A stretch of 32,000 bases of DNA from Candidatus Peribacter riflensis (GCA_001430755.1 CP013062.1:630001-662000); one strand, 5' to 3'. Positions 7,427-15,563 are shown, counted from the first letter of the stretch. Notes: generated by a model from the sequence alone, not told the origin. A program made the numbers and translations.

Positions 7427-7993
7427 ATGGGCCCCATGGACCTCACCCTCACCTGGGATCTGTTCGTCATCGTTTTCTTCGCCGTCGTCATCACCTATAG
7501 CTTCATTATCGGTAAACACGAATCCGTAAAGATCATCATTGCCTCGTACATCGCCGTCGTCGCCGTGCAGGGCATCGGCAACCTGCTCGCCCGCATTGCG
7601 ACGGATGATCCCATGTTTTCGATGCTCGGCATCACCGTGGATATCACCCTGCTCTCCACCACCAAGCTCGTCCTCTTCGTCGCCGCCGTGATCTTCCTCG
7701 CCGTGCGCGGAGGATTCGAAATCGAGTTCAAGCGCGAGCCGGGAGGCACTATCGATCTCGTGCTCACGGGCATGTTCGGGTTCGCCACTGCGGGTCTGCT
7801 GCTCTCGACTCTCCTCACCTACGTCGCAGACGTGCCGATCCTCAGTAAAACCATCGCCGACACGGCGACCATCGCTTCTATCGTGCAGGGAAGCCAGCTC
7901 ATGACCACGATGGTGACGTACCAGGATCTGTGGTTTGCAGGGCCTGCTCTGCTCATCCTCGCAACGGGATTCATCGGTAAGGAGCATGCGTAG
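7427..7993 (+). CDS. Integral membrane protein (4-5 TM, CvpA-like topology), function unknown
   Basis: ORF 7355..7993 starts at GTG. ATG at 7427 (MGPMDLTLTWDLFVIVFFAVVITY...) begins right before TM1. Confidence 0.55.
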   Translation: MGPMDLTLTWDLFVIVFFAVVITYSFIIGKHESVKIIIASYIAVVAVQGIGNLLARIATDDPMFSMLGITVDITLLSTTKLVLFVAAVIFLAVRGGFEIEFKREPGGTIDLVLTGMFGFATAGLLLSTLLTYVADVPILSKTIADTATIASIVQGSQLMTTMVTYQDLWFAGPALLILATGFIGKEHA

Positions 7994-8182
7994 TCCCCCA
8001 ACGGCCCGATGATCATTCTGCTGCTGTGCAGGGTTCGGCAGAGCTCACCGTCACAGAAGCTTCACTGTTCAGAGACCGAGAGAGCAGCTTGCCAAATCTT
8101 TAGAATGTATTTGTGATCTTTTCAAGACCTTGCACACAGAGCGAAAGCCGTATAACAATAAGGAAAATTCTTCCCCCTCCCC

Positions 8183-8524
8183 ATGACACGTCTCCGCACT
8201 CTCAGTCTGAAACTCGCCGCCGCAGTCGTCTGCAGCACTCCTTTCCAGGCATTTGCCCAGCTCGATCCGAATCCGCCGGATGTCGTCGGTCGTGGACCGG
8301 GTGATCTGAAAGAAGGCATCGAGATCGTCATCAAGAAAGTGCTCGACTTCATGACGCTCATCGCCGTGGTGATGATCGTCATCGCCGGCATTCGCTACAT
8401 CATCTCGCAGGGAGAGGAGAGCGAAAAGGACAAGGCGAAGAAGATGATTATCTACGTGATCATCGGCTTGCTCATCATCCTGATCGCCCGCGCCATCGTG
8501 ACCTTCGTGATCGGCGTGTTCTAA
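8183..8524 (+). CDS. Small VirB2/TrbC-type (T4SS pilin-like) membrane protein
   Basis: 113 aa with a signal peptide (LAAAVVCSTPFQAFA) and two hydrophobic helices separated by the charged loop QGEESEKDKAKK. Architecture typical of the T4SS pilin-like family common in CPR genomes. Confidence 0.55.
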   Translation: MTRLRTLSLKLAAAVVCSTPFQAFAQLDPNPPDVVGRGPGDLKEGIEIVIKKVLDFMTLIAVVMIVIAGIRYIISQGEESEKDKAKKMIIYVIIGLLIILIARAIVTFVIGVF

Positions 8525-8546
8525 GCCCTTCCCATTCGAAAACTGC

Positions 8547-8573
8547 AGAGGCCGCCTTCGGGTGGCCTCTTTC
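8547..8573. terminator. Stem-loop terminator (AGAGGCCGCC-TTCG-GGTGGCCTCT) between convergent genes
   Basis: 10-bp stem with a TTCG tetraloop, 23 nt after the 8524 stop and 16 nt from the 8589 stop. Confidence 0.6.
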
Positions 8574-8588
8574 GTATCCCGCGGCGCT

Positions 8589-9137
8589 TCACGCATTGCC
8601 GGGCACCTCAGGGAGCAGAGGCACGAGCTTGGGCTGCACTGGTTCCGCTCCCTTCTCGCTCACCGCTGCCGGCGGGTCACGCACGATGATCGCCGCGGGA
8701 CGCACTTCGATGATCTCCCGTGCCGCGATGGGATCGCGCCAGCGGAAAAACCTCTTCGGAAAGAGCCAGGTGAACCGCAGCGAACCGGTTTCGAACTGCA
8801 CATCGCGGCAGCGCCCCATGCTCATCCCCGACTCCGTCTGAATCCTCTGCCCCAGAATGGACCGCGGATCTTCGAGGAGCGGCCGCACGCGCAGAAAATC
8901 CTCGGCAGGCGCAATGCGGTCATGATCGCGCACGGTGATGACGCGCCCGAAGTGGGCGATATCGAATGACGAGAGGAAGAGCGATGAGGAAGAAAAGAAC
9001 CCCGGCACGCGCAGGAAGAACCCCTCCACGGTGCCGCGATCGGGATGGAGCAGGATTCCGTTGACGACGCCAATCACCTCCTCCGTATCCTCTGCCCTGA
9101 TCGGCATGCCGAGACAAGTGGAGAGTCGCACGTGCAT
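8589..9137 (-). CDS. PRC-barrel domain protein (two barrel-like halves)
   Basis: 182 aa. LGMPIRAEDTEEVIGVVNGILLHPDRGTVEGFFL and ILGQRIQTESGMSMGRCRDVQFETGSL resemble PRC-barrel strands. ATG lies 8 nt after TAGAAT. Confidence 0.5.
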   Translation of the reverse strand: MHVRLSTCLGMPIRAEDTEEVIGVVNGILLHPDRGTVEGFFLRVPGFFSSSSLFLSSFDIAHFGRVITVRDHDRIAPAEDFLRVRPLLEDPRSILGQRIQTESGMSMGRCRDVQFETGSLRFTWLFPKRFFRWRDPIAAREIIEVRPAAIIVRDPPAAVSEKGAEPVQPKLVPLLPEVPGNA

Positions 9138-9141
9138 TTGC

Positions 9142-9151
9142 TATGATTCTA
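9142..9151. promoter_or_regulatory. Overlapping divergent -10 boxes (TATGAT for prs, TAGAAT for the PRC-barrel gene) in an 18-bp spacer
   Basis: The spacer 9138-9155 is ttgcTATGATTCTAcacg. The + strand TATGAT (9142-9147) is 8 nt from ATG 9156. The - strand TAGAAT (9151-9146) is 8 nt from ATG 9137. Confidence 0.45.
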
Positions 9152-9155
9152 CACG

Positions 9156-10082
9156 ATGCACCTCTTCGCAGGATCCTCCCACCCGGCCCTCGCCTCCTCC
9201 CTCTCCAGAGAACTGAAGGTGCCGCTGGGGAAAGTGGACCTCAAAGCCTTCAGCTGCGGGGAGCGCTACGTGCGATACCTGGAATCCGTACGCGGGAGAG
9301 ACGTGTACATCCTGCAGACATCCACGCTGGCACCCGACGAGTGCCTGATCGAGCTCTTTCTCATGTGTCAGGCGGCGCGCTTAAGTTTTGCGGATACCGT
9401 GCACGTGGTGGTGCCCCACTTCGCCTACGCACGGCAGGACCGCGTGGCCGCCCCGCGGGAGCCCATCTCCGCCAAGCTGATCGCGCACCTGCTCGAGGAA
9501 TCCGGCGCGGATCACCTGATCACCTTAGACCTGCACTCCGACCAGATTCAGGGGTTCTTCGGCATCCCTGTGGATGCGCTGGATGCCCGCCCTCTCTTCG
9601 CCGCGTACTTCAAAGCAAAGAAGCTTACGGATCCCGTGGTGATCTCGCCCGATGCCGGCGGCGCCAAGCGCGCCAAGAAGTTTGCCGACATGCTGGGCGC
9701 GGATCTGGCCATCATGCACAAGAGCCGGCCCGCCCACCACGAGGCCGAGATCATCGAGGTGGTGGGAGACATCGCCGACCGCAGCTGCATCCTCTTCGAC
9801 GACATGATCGACACCGGTGGGAGCTTACTCTCGGCCAAGAAGGCACTGCTCAAGCGCAAAGCCCTGCCCGATATCTACGCAGCCGCCACGCACGGCATCT
9901 TTTCTGGTAAGGCCATCGAGAACTTTGAGAAGGCGAACTTCAAGGAAGTCGTCGTGAGCGACAGTCTCCCCATCAAACACACGGCCTTCGGCGGCCTCAA
10001 AGTGCTGCCCATCGCCCCCCTGCTCGCCGAAGTGATCCGGCATATCGAAAAGGGCGAGAGCGTGACAGACATGTATCAATAA
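9156..10082 (+). CDS. prs: Ribose-phosphate pyrophosphokinase (PRPP synthetase)
   Basis: 308 aa. FSCGERYVRYLESVRGRDVYILQT, ARQDR and DLHSDQIQGFF motifs, plus the PRPP loop ILFDDMIDTGGSL. Confidence 0.9.
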   Translation: MHLFAGSSHPALASSLSRELKVPLGKVDLKAFSCGERYVRYLESVRGRDVYILQTSTLAPDECLIELFLMCQAARLSFADTVHVVVPHFAYARQDRVAAPREPISAKLIAHLLEESGADHLITLDLHSDQIQGFFGIPVDALDARPLFAAYFKAKKLTDPVVISPDAGGAKRAKKFADMLGADLAIMHKSRPAHHEAEIIEVVGDIADRSCILFDDMIDTGGSLLSAKKALLKRKALPDIYAAATHGIFSGKAIENFEKANFKEVVVSDSLPIKHTAFGGLKVLPIAPLLAEVIRHIEKGESVTDMYQ

Positions 10083-10151
10083 AGAGGAACCGCGGCGTAA
10101 TCGCGGCAAAACAAAGTGGAGCCGGGTGACGGATATCTATCGGAAATGAAG

Positions 10152-10228
10152 TGGTGGGCGATAGTGGACTTGAACCACTGACCTCGACATTATCAGTGTC
10201 GCGCTCTAACCAGCTGAGCTAATCGCCC
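10152..10228 (-). tRNA. tRNA-Ile (anticodon GAT), CCA encoded
   Basis: Minus strand: GGGCGAT-TA-GCTC-AGCTGGTTA-GAGC-G-CGACA-CTGATAA-TGTCG-AGGTC-AGTGG-TTCAAGT-CCACT-ATCGCCC-A-CCA. Confidence 0.9.
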
Positions 10229-10284
10229 GTGGTGTAAAAGATACCAGTCTCCTTCCTCTCCCGGGACAACAAGCGAAGCTGGAA

Positions 10285-10332
10285 GCTGCCTGCCCTCCGT
10301 AGCTCCAAGCATAAGCGAGGAGCGAAGGAGGG
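10285..10332 (-). repeat. Copy of the dispersed nested-hairpin motif upstream of tRNA-Ile
   Basis: Minus strand: CCCTCC-TTC-GCTCC-tcgcttatgctt-GGAGC-TAC-GGAGGG-caggcagc. The outer and inner stems are both complementary. Confidence 0.7.
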
Positions 10333-10440
10333 AGCTCGTCGCCCAATGGGACGCAGAAAAGCCTACGGAGTATCGCCGTTTTGGTCAACCGATAGAGGGT
10401 CTTTGCCTCATAACCCCCCCCTTCTGCTATACTGCACTCC

Positions 10441-10704
10441 ATGATGAATGATTTCTCCACTCTCTGGCAGAACCGCGGCTTTATGATGGGCGCCTACAAC
10501 CTCAACGGCGCACTGGGCCTCCTCTTCGTGCTGGCCATCATTGACCTGGTGTTCAAGGGCTGGGCCCTGTGGAGGGCGGCACGCATGAGCAAGCAATGGT
10601 GGTTCGTCGCGCTGCTCATCATCAATTCCATGGGTATCCTTCCGGTGATCTTCCTGCTCCTCACGAACAAGGAATACACCAGCAAGCCCAAGCGGAAGAA
10701 GTAG
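10441..10704 (+). CDS. Small 2-3 TM membrane protein (DUF5652-like)
   Basis: 87 aa. LAIIDLVFKGWALWRAARMSKQWWFVALLIINSMGILPVIFLL matches my memory of DUF5652. TATACT (10428-10433) lies 7 nt upstream of the ATG. Confidence 0.6.
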   Translation: MMNDFSTLWQNRGFMMGAYNLNGALGLLFVLAIIDLVFKGWALWRAARMSKQWWFVALLIINSMGILPVIFLLLTNKEYTSKPKRKK

Positions 10705-10767
10705 CGGACCGGGACCATTGTCTCCCTCACCCGCACGAGGAAAGCCGGAAAGAAGCGACGATCTTTA

Positions 10768-10795
10768 TTGATTCTTCCATAATGGATTCTAGTAT
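10768..10795 (+). promoter_or_regulatory. Candidate sigma70 promoter TTGATT-16-TAGTAT with no ATG in leaderless position
   Basis: TTGATT at 10768-10773 and TAGTAT at 10790-10795. It faces a 400-nt stretch with no convincing long ORF. Confidence 0.4.
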
Positions 10796-10902
10796 GGGTG
10801 GCTGTTCTTTTGCACGATCAAGATTCAGCCTGCTCTCTCCAAATGGTTATCGGCACAGCCGATTGATGGGGAGAGCGTGCCGCTGTCTTTGGGAGGAATC
10901 CT

Positions 10903-11154
10903 ATGTGGTGTCGACGACGACCTCGGAGAAAACACTACAAGCCTGAGGCGCTCCTCAGGGCCGGGCTTCCGTTGGAGGCCTGTCTCAGTTGTGCACAGAA
11001 GGGGCACATCGCCCTGGTCCCGATTGAAAAAATCGGGGAACACATCGCGAGAAAGCACACGGCGCGGCCGCCGAAAGTGCGCAGAAGCAGGATCGAAAGG
11101 GCTCAGAAGCCGGTGACCACGACTCCGGCTCATTCGTGGCCGTGGAACTGGTGA
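10903..11154 (+). CDS. Low-confidence small basic protein (83 aa) with C-x2-C ... H-x4-H spacing
   Basis: ATG is preceded by GGGAGGAATCCT, the clearest SD-like sequence in the window. The segment EACLSCAQKGHIALVPIEKIGEHIARKH looks coding by third-position GC. The N- and C-termini are Arg/Trp-rich like GC-rich noise. The region also contains several perfect hairpins. Confidence 0.25.
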   Translation: MWCRRRPRRKHYKPEALLRAGLPLEACLSCAQKGHIALVPIEKIGEHIARKHTARPPKVRRSRIERAQKPVTTTPAHSWPWNW

Positions 11155-11182
11155 ACCCTCACCGGAAAAAGACAGACGGTCC

Positions 11183-11212
11183 GGAGAGGCTTCGCGTACG
11201 CGAAGCCTCTCC
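11183..11212. terminator. Perfect 14-bp palindromic hairpin GGAGAGGCTTCGCG-TA-CGCGAAGCCTCTCC
   Basis: Lies 40 nt downstream of the stop of the 11252..12835 gene. On the minus strand a CTTTTTCC run follows. Confidence 0.6.
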
Positions 11213-11251
11213 AACCCAAAATGGAGAGCAAGCTGAGCACTGATCACTCCC

Positions 11252-12835
11252 CTACTGCCTCACCCACTGCAGGAATGCATCGAGCGACATGGGGTACGGC
11301 AGCAGTTTGCCCTCCTGCACGATGGACGAAACCTGCAGCGTCGGCACATCCACATCGAACATGTACGACAGATCCCCTTTCGGGGAGGCGAACAGAATGT
11401 CGCGTACGGTGACAGCCTGGCCGTCCTCTTTTGGTTCGATTGTGGTCTGCAGAGAGAAGAGCGCACCCGCCTGCTCCAGTGCGGCAGTGACGATCATCAC
11501 CCGCTCCTCCGGATTGATGGGTGTCAGAACGGGCTGAGAGGGCACGGAAGATCCTTGAGAGGAAACTGAGGAAGCCGAGGTGGCTGAAGAGGCAAAGAGA
11601 TTGGCCTGCACTTCAGTGAGCCTCTGCGCTTTTGTAAGAGCGAGCGTCAGTGTCGCAGAGAGACGCGAGGCAACCGGCTCCGCAAAGGACTGAAGCGAGC
11701 GGGCGAGCGTCTGGGCGCGTTCGGGATAGCCCTCCTCCATAGAGCGCTCCACTACGGGGAGCAACGCGGTGAGCAGCGGCTCGATGAGCGGCAGAGGATC
11801 CTGCTGCTGATCGGCAATGAATGCCGTCACGGACTCTGCCCACCACCGCGTCACCACCGGCGAGAACCCTTGAGAAGCCCGATCGGCCTCCGGCAGACCA
11901 AAGGCGAGCAGGGCGCTCTCTTCGGCAGCCAGGGCCGGAACGCCAGCCGACCATGCGCCCGTATGGAACACAGGATGGAGTGCGGCAAGGAGCCACAGAT
12001 CGTGGCGGTCGAAGAGAAAACCGAGAAGCAGCGGACGCAATCCCGCCGCACCATCGGGCGCGCGCGCGGCCAGGACGACGAGCGGAGAAAGGCTGCGCGG
12101 GTCTGTCAGGGCCATGCGAAAGGCGGGGCGCGACAGCATCGCGCGCGCCTCGGCCTCGTTGCCCTGTTCGATGTGCAAGCGGAGCGCGCCCAGCACCTGC
12201 AGGCGCCACTCCTCCTTCGCCCGCTCCTGCGCGGCAGGCAGATTCAACGCGGCCATTACCGGCTCATCGGCGGGCACGGCCTCTGCCAGAGGGAGGACGT
12301 CGTGTGCCGGACCAAAGTGCTTCAGAGCGAGGAGTTGATCACGGAGGAAGTGCTCCGGGAGCGGATCGGTCACCCGCACCTCGCGCCAGGAGGCAAACCC
12401 CGCCTCCGGCCCGGTGAGCGGGCCCTGCAGGCGCAGCTGCATGCCGGGTGTCACAAGGGCACGGCGTCCCGCAACGGACACGAGAACCGGAGCAGTGATC
12501 GCCGAAACGGTTGCAGAAGTCTCATCGGCAACGACGTGGAACGCTCCGGCCACACCGAGCACATCGCCGTGCGCCGTGCGCAGCTGGACGATGCCCTCCG
12601 AGTGCATGAGCAGTTGCCCGTTCCGCAGAAAGGGAACGCCAGCGGACGTATCGAGTGCACTGCCCTCCCCCGGCAGCACCTGCGCCCCTCCCTCCAGGGA
12701 AATGACCTCCTGCGCATCCGTCACCGAAGCGGTGAGAGAGGAGGAAAACCGCACTGTCGGCAACAGAGACAGGCTCAGCACCGCAACGAAGATCGGGAAC
12801 GCCACAAGGTGCCGGTGTCGGGATCGAAGAGACAT
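11252..12835 (-). CDS. Membrane-anchored/secreted hypothetical protein (528 aa)
   Basis: ORF 11252..13045 trimmed to ATG at 12835 (MSLRSRHRHLVAFPIFVAVLSLSLLPTV, a signal-anchor). Long Ala/Leu-rich body; no family recognised. Confidence 0.65.
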   Translation of the reverse strand: MSLRSRHRHLVAFPIFVAVLSLSLLPTVRFSSSLTASVTDAQEVISLEGGAQVLPGEGSALDTSAGVPFLRNGQLLMHSEGIVQLRTAHGDVLGVAGAFHVVADETSATVSAITAPVLVSVAGRRALVTPGMQLRLQGPLTGPEAGFASWREVRVTDPLPEHFLRDQLLALKHFGPAHDVLPLAEAVPADEPVMAALNLPAAQERAKEEWRLQVLGALRLHIEQGNEAEARAMLSRPAFRMALTDPRSLSPLVVLAARAPDGAAGLRPLLLGFLFDRHDLWLLAALHPVFHTGAWSAGVPALAAEESALLAFGLPEADRASQGFSPVVTRWWAESVTAFIADQQQDPLPLIEPLLTALLPVVERSMEEGYPERAQTLARSLQSFAEPVASRLSATLTLALTKAQRLTEVQANLFASSATSASSVSSQGSSVPSQPVLTPINPEERVMIVTAALEQAGALFSLQTTIEPKEDGQAVTVRDILFASPKGDLSYMFDVDVPTLQVSSIVQEGKLLPYPMSLDAFLQWVRQ

Positions 12836-12934
12836 AAGTTTTATCTGTGTATTTCCTCTTAGAATAGCAGAAAACGCCTGTTTCTTCAATGCGAAGGCCT
12901 TGCAGAAAATCCGGGAACCTTGCACCCTCACGGC

Positions 12935-13468
12935 ATGAAAAACGGCCCCAGAAACTCCCAAAAACAGGCCCGGAGGATCCTTGGCATTGACCCCGGTCTC
13001 GCCACCACCGGGCTCGGGCTCATCGAAGCGGATGAACGGCGGCAACTCACTGTGCTGGAATGGCTTACGATCTCAACGGCTGCAGGGCTTCCGCTTTCGG
13101 ATCGTCTGGAGGAAATCCGCAAGGATCTCCTGACCTACCTGCAGGAGCACCGGCCCGATCTCGCCGTCGTCGAACGACTCTTCTTCTCGACGAACGTCAA
13201 AACCGCCTTCGACGTGGCGCAGGTGCGCGGCGTGATTCTGCTCACCCTCGCCGAGCAGGGCATCGCCTGCCTGGAGCCCAATCCCCTCACCCTCAAATCC
13301 TGCATCACAGGTGACGGGCGCGCCGATAAGCGCCAGATGCAGGATATGCTCTGTCGCATACTGGATCTGAAAGAAATTCCGAAGCCCGATGATGCCGCAG
13401 ACGCTCTGGCGCTGGCGGTCTTCGGGGCGATGCAACAACAAGGGTTAGGAATAGAGGGTCGGGCGTAG
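12935..13468 (+). CDS. ruvC: Crossover junction endodeoxyribonuclease RuvC
   Basis: ILGIDPGLATTGLGLIE, AVVERLFFSTNVKTAFDVAQVRGV and PDDAADALALAV motifs. The ORF-track start at 12920 is TTG; ATG is at 12935. The last ~10 residues (QQGLGIEGRA*) are encoded by the left arm of a repeat array. Confidence 0.85.
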   Translation: MKNGPRNSQKQARRILGIDPGLATTGLGLIEADERRQLTVLEWLTISTAAGLPLSDRLEEIRKDLLTYLQEHRPDLAVVERLFFSTNVKTAFDVAQVRGVILLTLAEQGIACLEPNPLTLKSCITGDGRADKRQMQDMLCRILDLKEIPKPDDAADALALAVFGAMQQQGLGIEGRA

Positions 13469-13563
13469 GATTCACGAAAAACCTCTTCCCCTTCTCCTCT
13501 CCTCCCTACACCCTACGCCCTACGCCCTACAACCCTACGCCCCACGCCCTAATCCTACGCCCT
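13441..13563. repeat. Inverted heptamer arrays (left arm 13441-13472, right arm CCCTACG-type 13504-13563) between convergent ruvC and recF
   Basis: Right arm: ccctacaccctacgccctacgccctacaaccctacgccccacgccctaatcctacgccc. Left arm: agggttaggaatagagggtcgggcgtaggatt. Both stop codons (13466-13468 and 13535-13537) are inside the arms. Confidence 0.9.
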
Positions 13564-14659
13564 GTTCCATCACCTTCCCTCCCCCGACTTCCCACACCGT
13601 CGCGGAGGAAACCCCGGGAACACCGTGCGTCGTCGTGAGTAGCACCTGATGCCCTTTGAGCGAAGTCATGAGCCGCTCCTGGTGCACGTGATCCAGCTCT
13701 GAGAAGACATCATCGAGGAGGATGACCGGCTTTTCGCCGCGCCGGACCTCCATGTACGACACCTGCAGAAAGAGCAGAGCCAGTACGGCGGTGCGCTGCT
13801 GCCCGCGCGAGGCGAAGGTCGCGAGCTCCCGCCCCTCCACGTCGATCCGCCAGTCGTGCCGGTGGGGCCCAATCGTGGTGGTGCCGATGAGCAGGTCCCG
13901 CTCCCGAAAGTGAAGAAGATCGTGCTTGAGCTCACTCTCGATCCCCTCGAAGGTCGTCGCCCGGCCATGGCGGTCGTAGAGGAGCTCAACCTGCCGCCAC
14001 GCTTCGCCGAGCGCGTGCAGCTCCTCCTCCAGCGTGCACTGCAGCACTTTGAGCAGTTCCACGTGTCCCAGCGTGACTGCGGCCCCCTCTCGCGCGAGTG
14101 CGTCATCCCAAACCGTCAGATCCTGCTCCCGCCCCGTCCCCTCCCGGATCTTTTTGAGGAGCGCATTGCGCTGTTTGAGGACCTTCTGATACGTCTGCAG
14201 GTGCGCCGAGAACTCCGGAGCGACCTGCACGAGAAGATCATTGAGCAGATCGCGCCGGCGCGCCGGGGAGCCGCTGAAGAGCTCCAGATCCTGCGGCAGA
14301 AACGTCACCGCCGGCAGCATGCCGGTAAGGCGGCCGATCGGCATGCGCACATCATTCAAAAATCCGGCCCGCTGGCGGCGCGGGGCGCTCTGGCTCACGA
14401 TCTCGATGGTCTGTGTTTCGCGGGCATCGGACCGCACAGTCGCGCGAATGCGATAGTACATGTGCCCCCATGCGATGAGGTGGTCCTCCTCGACACCGAG
14501 AAAGGAGCGCCCGGTCGAGAGGAGGGAGAACGCTTCAAGAAGATTCGTCTTGCCTGCGGCATTCGCCCCCTGCAGAACATGCAGATCACCGTCGCCGAAC
14601 ACAAGATCCAGTGCGGTGTAGGAGCGGAACTGCTGGAGCGAGAGAGAAGTGACACGCAT
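13535..14659 (-). CDS. recF: DNA replication and repair protein RecF
   Basis: MRVTSLSLQQFRSY, Walker A GANAAGKTNLLEA, and a C-terminal LLLDDVFSELD (Walker B / signature region). Confidence 0.85.
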   Translation of the reverse strand: MRVTSLSLQQFRSYTALDLVFGDGDLHVLQGANAAGKTNLLEAFSLLSTGRSFLGVEEDHLIAWGHMYYRIRATVRSDARETQTIEIVSQSAPRRQRAGFLNDVRMPIGRLTGMLPAVTFLPQDLELFSGSPARRRDLLNDLLVQVAPEFSAHLQTYQKVLKQRNALLKKIREGTGREQDLTVWDDALAREGAAVTLGHVELLKVLQCTLEEELHALGEAWRQVELLYDRHGRATTFEGIESELKHDLLHFRERDLLIGTTTIGPHRHDWRIDVEGRELATFASRGQQRTAVLALLFLQVSYMEVRRGEKPVILLDDVFSELDHVHQERLMTSLKGHQVLLTTTHGVPGVSSATVWEVGGGKVMEQGVGLGRGA

Positions 14660-14665
14660 GCAGGA

Positions 14666-15121
14666 TCACCGGAGCAAAGGAATCCCCTCGGCGATGAGAC
14701 CGCGGATGAGATCCCGGTAGGCCTTGCGCTTGATGTACTTCGGCAGGTCGTTCTCTTTCACCCAGATGAATGCATTGATCTCTTTGCCGTCCACGACGAT
14801 CTCTGCAGACGCGCCCACTTCGGCAAACACGAATGCGATGTGCTGCCCTTTGACGTTATCTGGACGAAAGCGGCGGTAGGACGGCGGGTAGTCATACTGG
14901 TAGATGCGATGACTCTGCCCGAGGAGTGATGCGGTGATGCCCGCCTCCTCTTGCAGTTCGCGCAGCGCAGCCACCTCTGTGGTCTCTCCTGCTTCCACGC
15001 CCCCCTGCGGCAGCTGCCAGGCATCGTTCCTGCGTGGCTTGCGAAGTAACAGCACCTCCGTGCCATTGGCCCCGCGCCGGAAGACGACGACGGACGCACA
15101 CTGACGGTAGATCTCCTTCAT
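14666..15121 (-). CDS. NUDIX hydrolase
   Basis: Nudix box GGVEAGETTEVAALRELQEEAGI. ATG at 15121 (MKEIYRQCASVVVF); the upstream part of ORF 14666..15217 runs into a repeat array. Confidence 0.75.
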   Translation of the reverse strand: MKEIYRQCASVVVFRRGANGTEVLLLRKPRRNDAWQLPQGGVEAGETTEVAALRELQEEAGITASLLGQSHRIYQYDYPPSYRRFRPDNVKGQHIAFVFAEVGASAEIVVDGKEINAFIWVKENDLPKYIKRKAYRDLIRGLIAEGIPLLR

Positions 15122-15162
15122 AAGAGAACTATAGCAGAGGCATCGGTTGAGGATGGCCGAAG

Positions 15163-15245
15163 GAGAATAAAGAATGAAGAATGAGGAATGAAGGCTTCGC
15201 AGCCATTCTTCATTCATTATTCATACTTCGTAATTCTTATTTCGA
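15163..15245. repeat. Inverted heptamer arrays (GAATGAA-type 15163-15194 / TTCATTC-type 15203-15245) between rpmG and the NUDIX gene
   Basis: gagaataaagaatgaagaatgaggaatgaagg-cttcgcag-ccattcttcattcattattcatacttcgtaattcttatttcg. The rpmG stop (15237-15239) is inside the right arm. Confidence 0.85.
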
Positions 15246-15431
15246 ATGTCTCTCTTCCTTCAGCTTCGGTTTTACGTGCTTGCGGCACACGGAGCAGTAC
15301 TTCATAAGCTTGCCCGCGTGCTCCTTCCAGGCAACGCCGGTTTTATCCTGCTTGTGGAAACGGATGGTTCCTACTCTGTTGCCCGATTCCGGGCAGAGGA
15401 CGGTGAAGACGGTGCGCTTTCCTCTTGGCAT
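15237..15431 (-). CDS. rpmG: 50S ribosomal protein L33
   Basis: 64 aa. The C-terminal KYCSVCRKHVKPKLKE matches the L33 signature (KYC..C.KH..HKE). A TTGCAA-17-TAGCCT promoter (15469-15441) lies 9 nt from the ATG. Confidence 0.75.
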   Translation of the reverse strand: MPRGKRTVFTVLCPESGNRVGTIRFHKQDKTGVAWKEHAGKLMKYCSVCRKHVKPKLKEERHSK

Positions 15432-15487
15432 AACGGCGGTAGGCTACTGATGGTGTTGAGCGATTGCAAGGAAAATAATGATCGAAC

Positions 15488-15563
15488 GAGGGCTAGGGTT
15501 AAGGTTAGGAACAGGAAAAATACGACAGACCATGAACAATTCCTAACCCTATCCCTAATCCTC
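15488..15563. repeat. Inverted short-unit arrays (TAGGGTT/TAAGGTT left, CCTAACC/CCCTAAT right) downstream of trxB
   Basis: gagggctagggttaaggttaggaac ... aattcctaaccctatccctaatcctc. Confidence 0.85.

Noticed and set aside
7088-7987. 299-aa minus-strand ORF
   Set aside because: It is antisense to the hydrophobic membrane protein at 7427..7993 and overlaps truB. It has highly charged low-complexity composition.
8069-8596. 175-aa minus-strand ORF overlapping the pilin-like gene
   Set aside because: It is Asp/His/Arg-rich and crosses the terminator hairpin. The + strand ORF has a coherent signal peptide plus two-TM architecture.
10206-10460. 84-aa minus-strand ORF next to tRNA-Ile
   Set aside because: It is made almost entirely of the dispersed nested-hairpin motif (..SYGGQA.. 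type translation) and promoter sequence. It overlaps the tRNA 5' end.
10797-11182. Calling this region RNase P RNA or tmRNA
   Set aside because: The size and promoter/terminator context fit. However, I could not find the P4 strands (GGAAAGUCC / ACAGAAnCCGGCUUA), a tRNA-like acceptor/T-arm, or a tag ORF. The GGGAGGAA match is better explained as an SD for the 10903 ORF. Left as an unresolved finding rather than an annotated ncRNA.
11870-12862. 330-aa + strand ORF (with 11821..12417 and 11613..12209)
   Set aside because: These are Arg-rich shadows of the 528-aa minus-strand gene, which has a proper signal-anchor start and a terminator.
13856-14929. 357-aa + strand ORF
   Set aside because: It is antisense to recF and the NUDIX gene, both of which carry diagnostic motifs.
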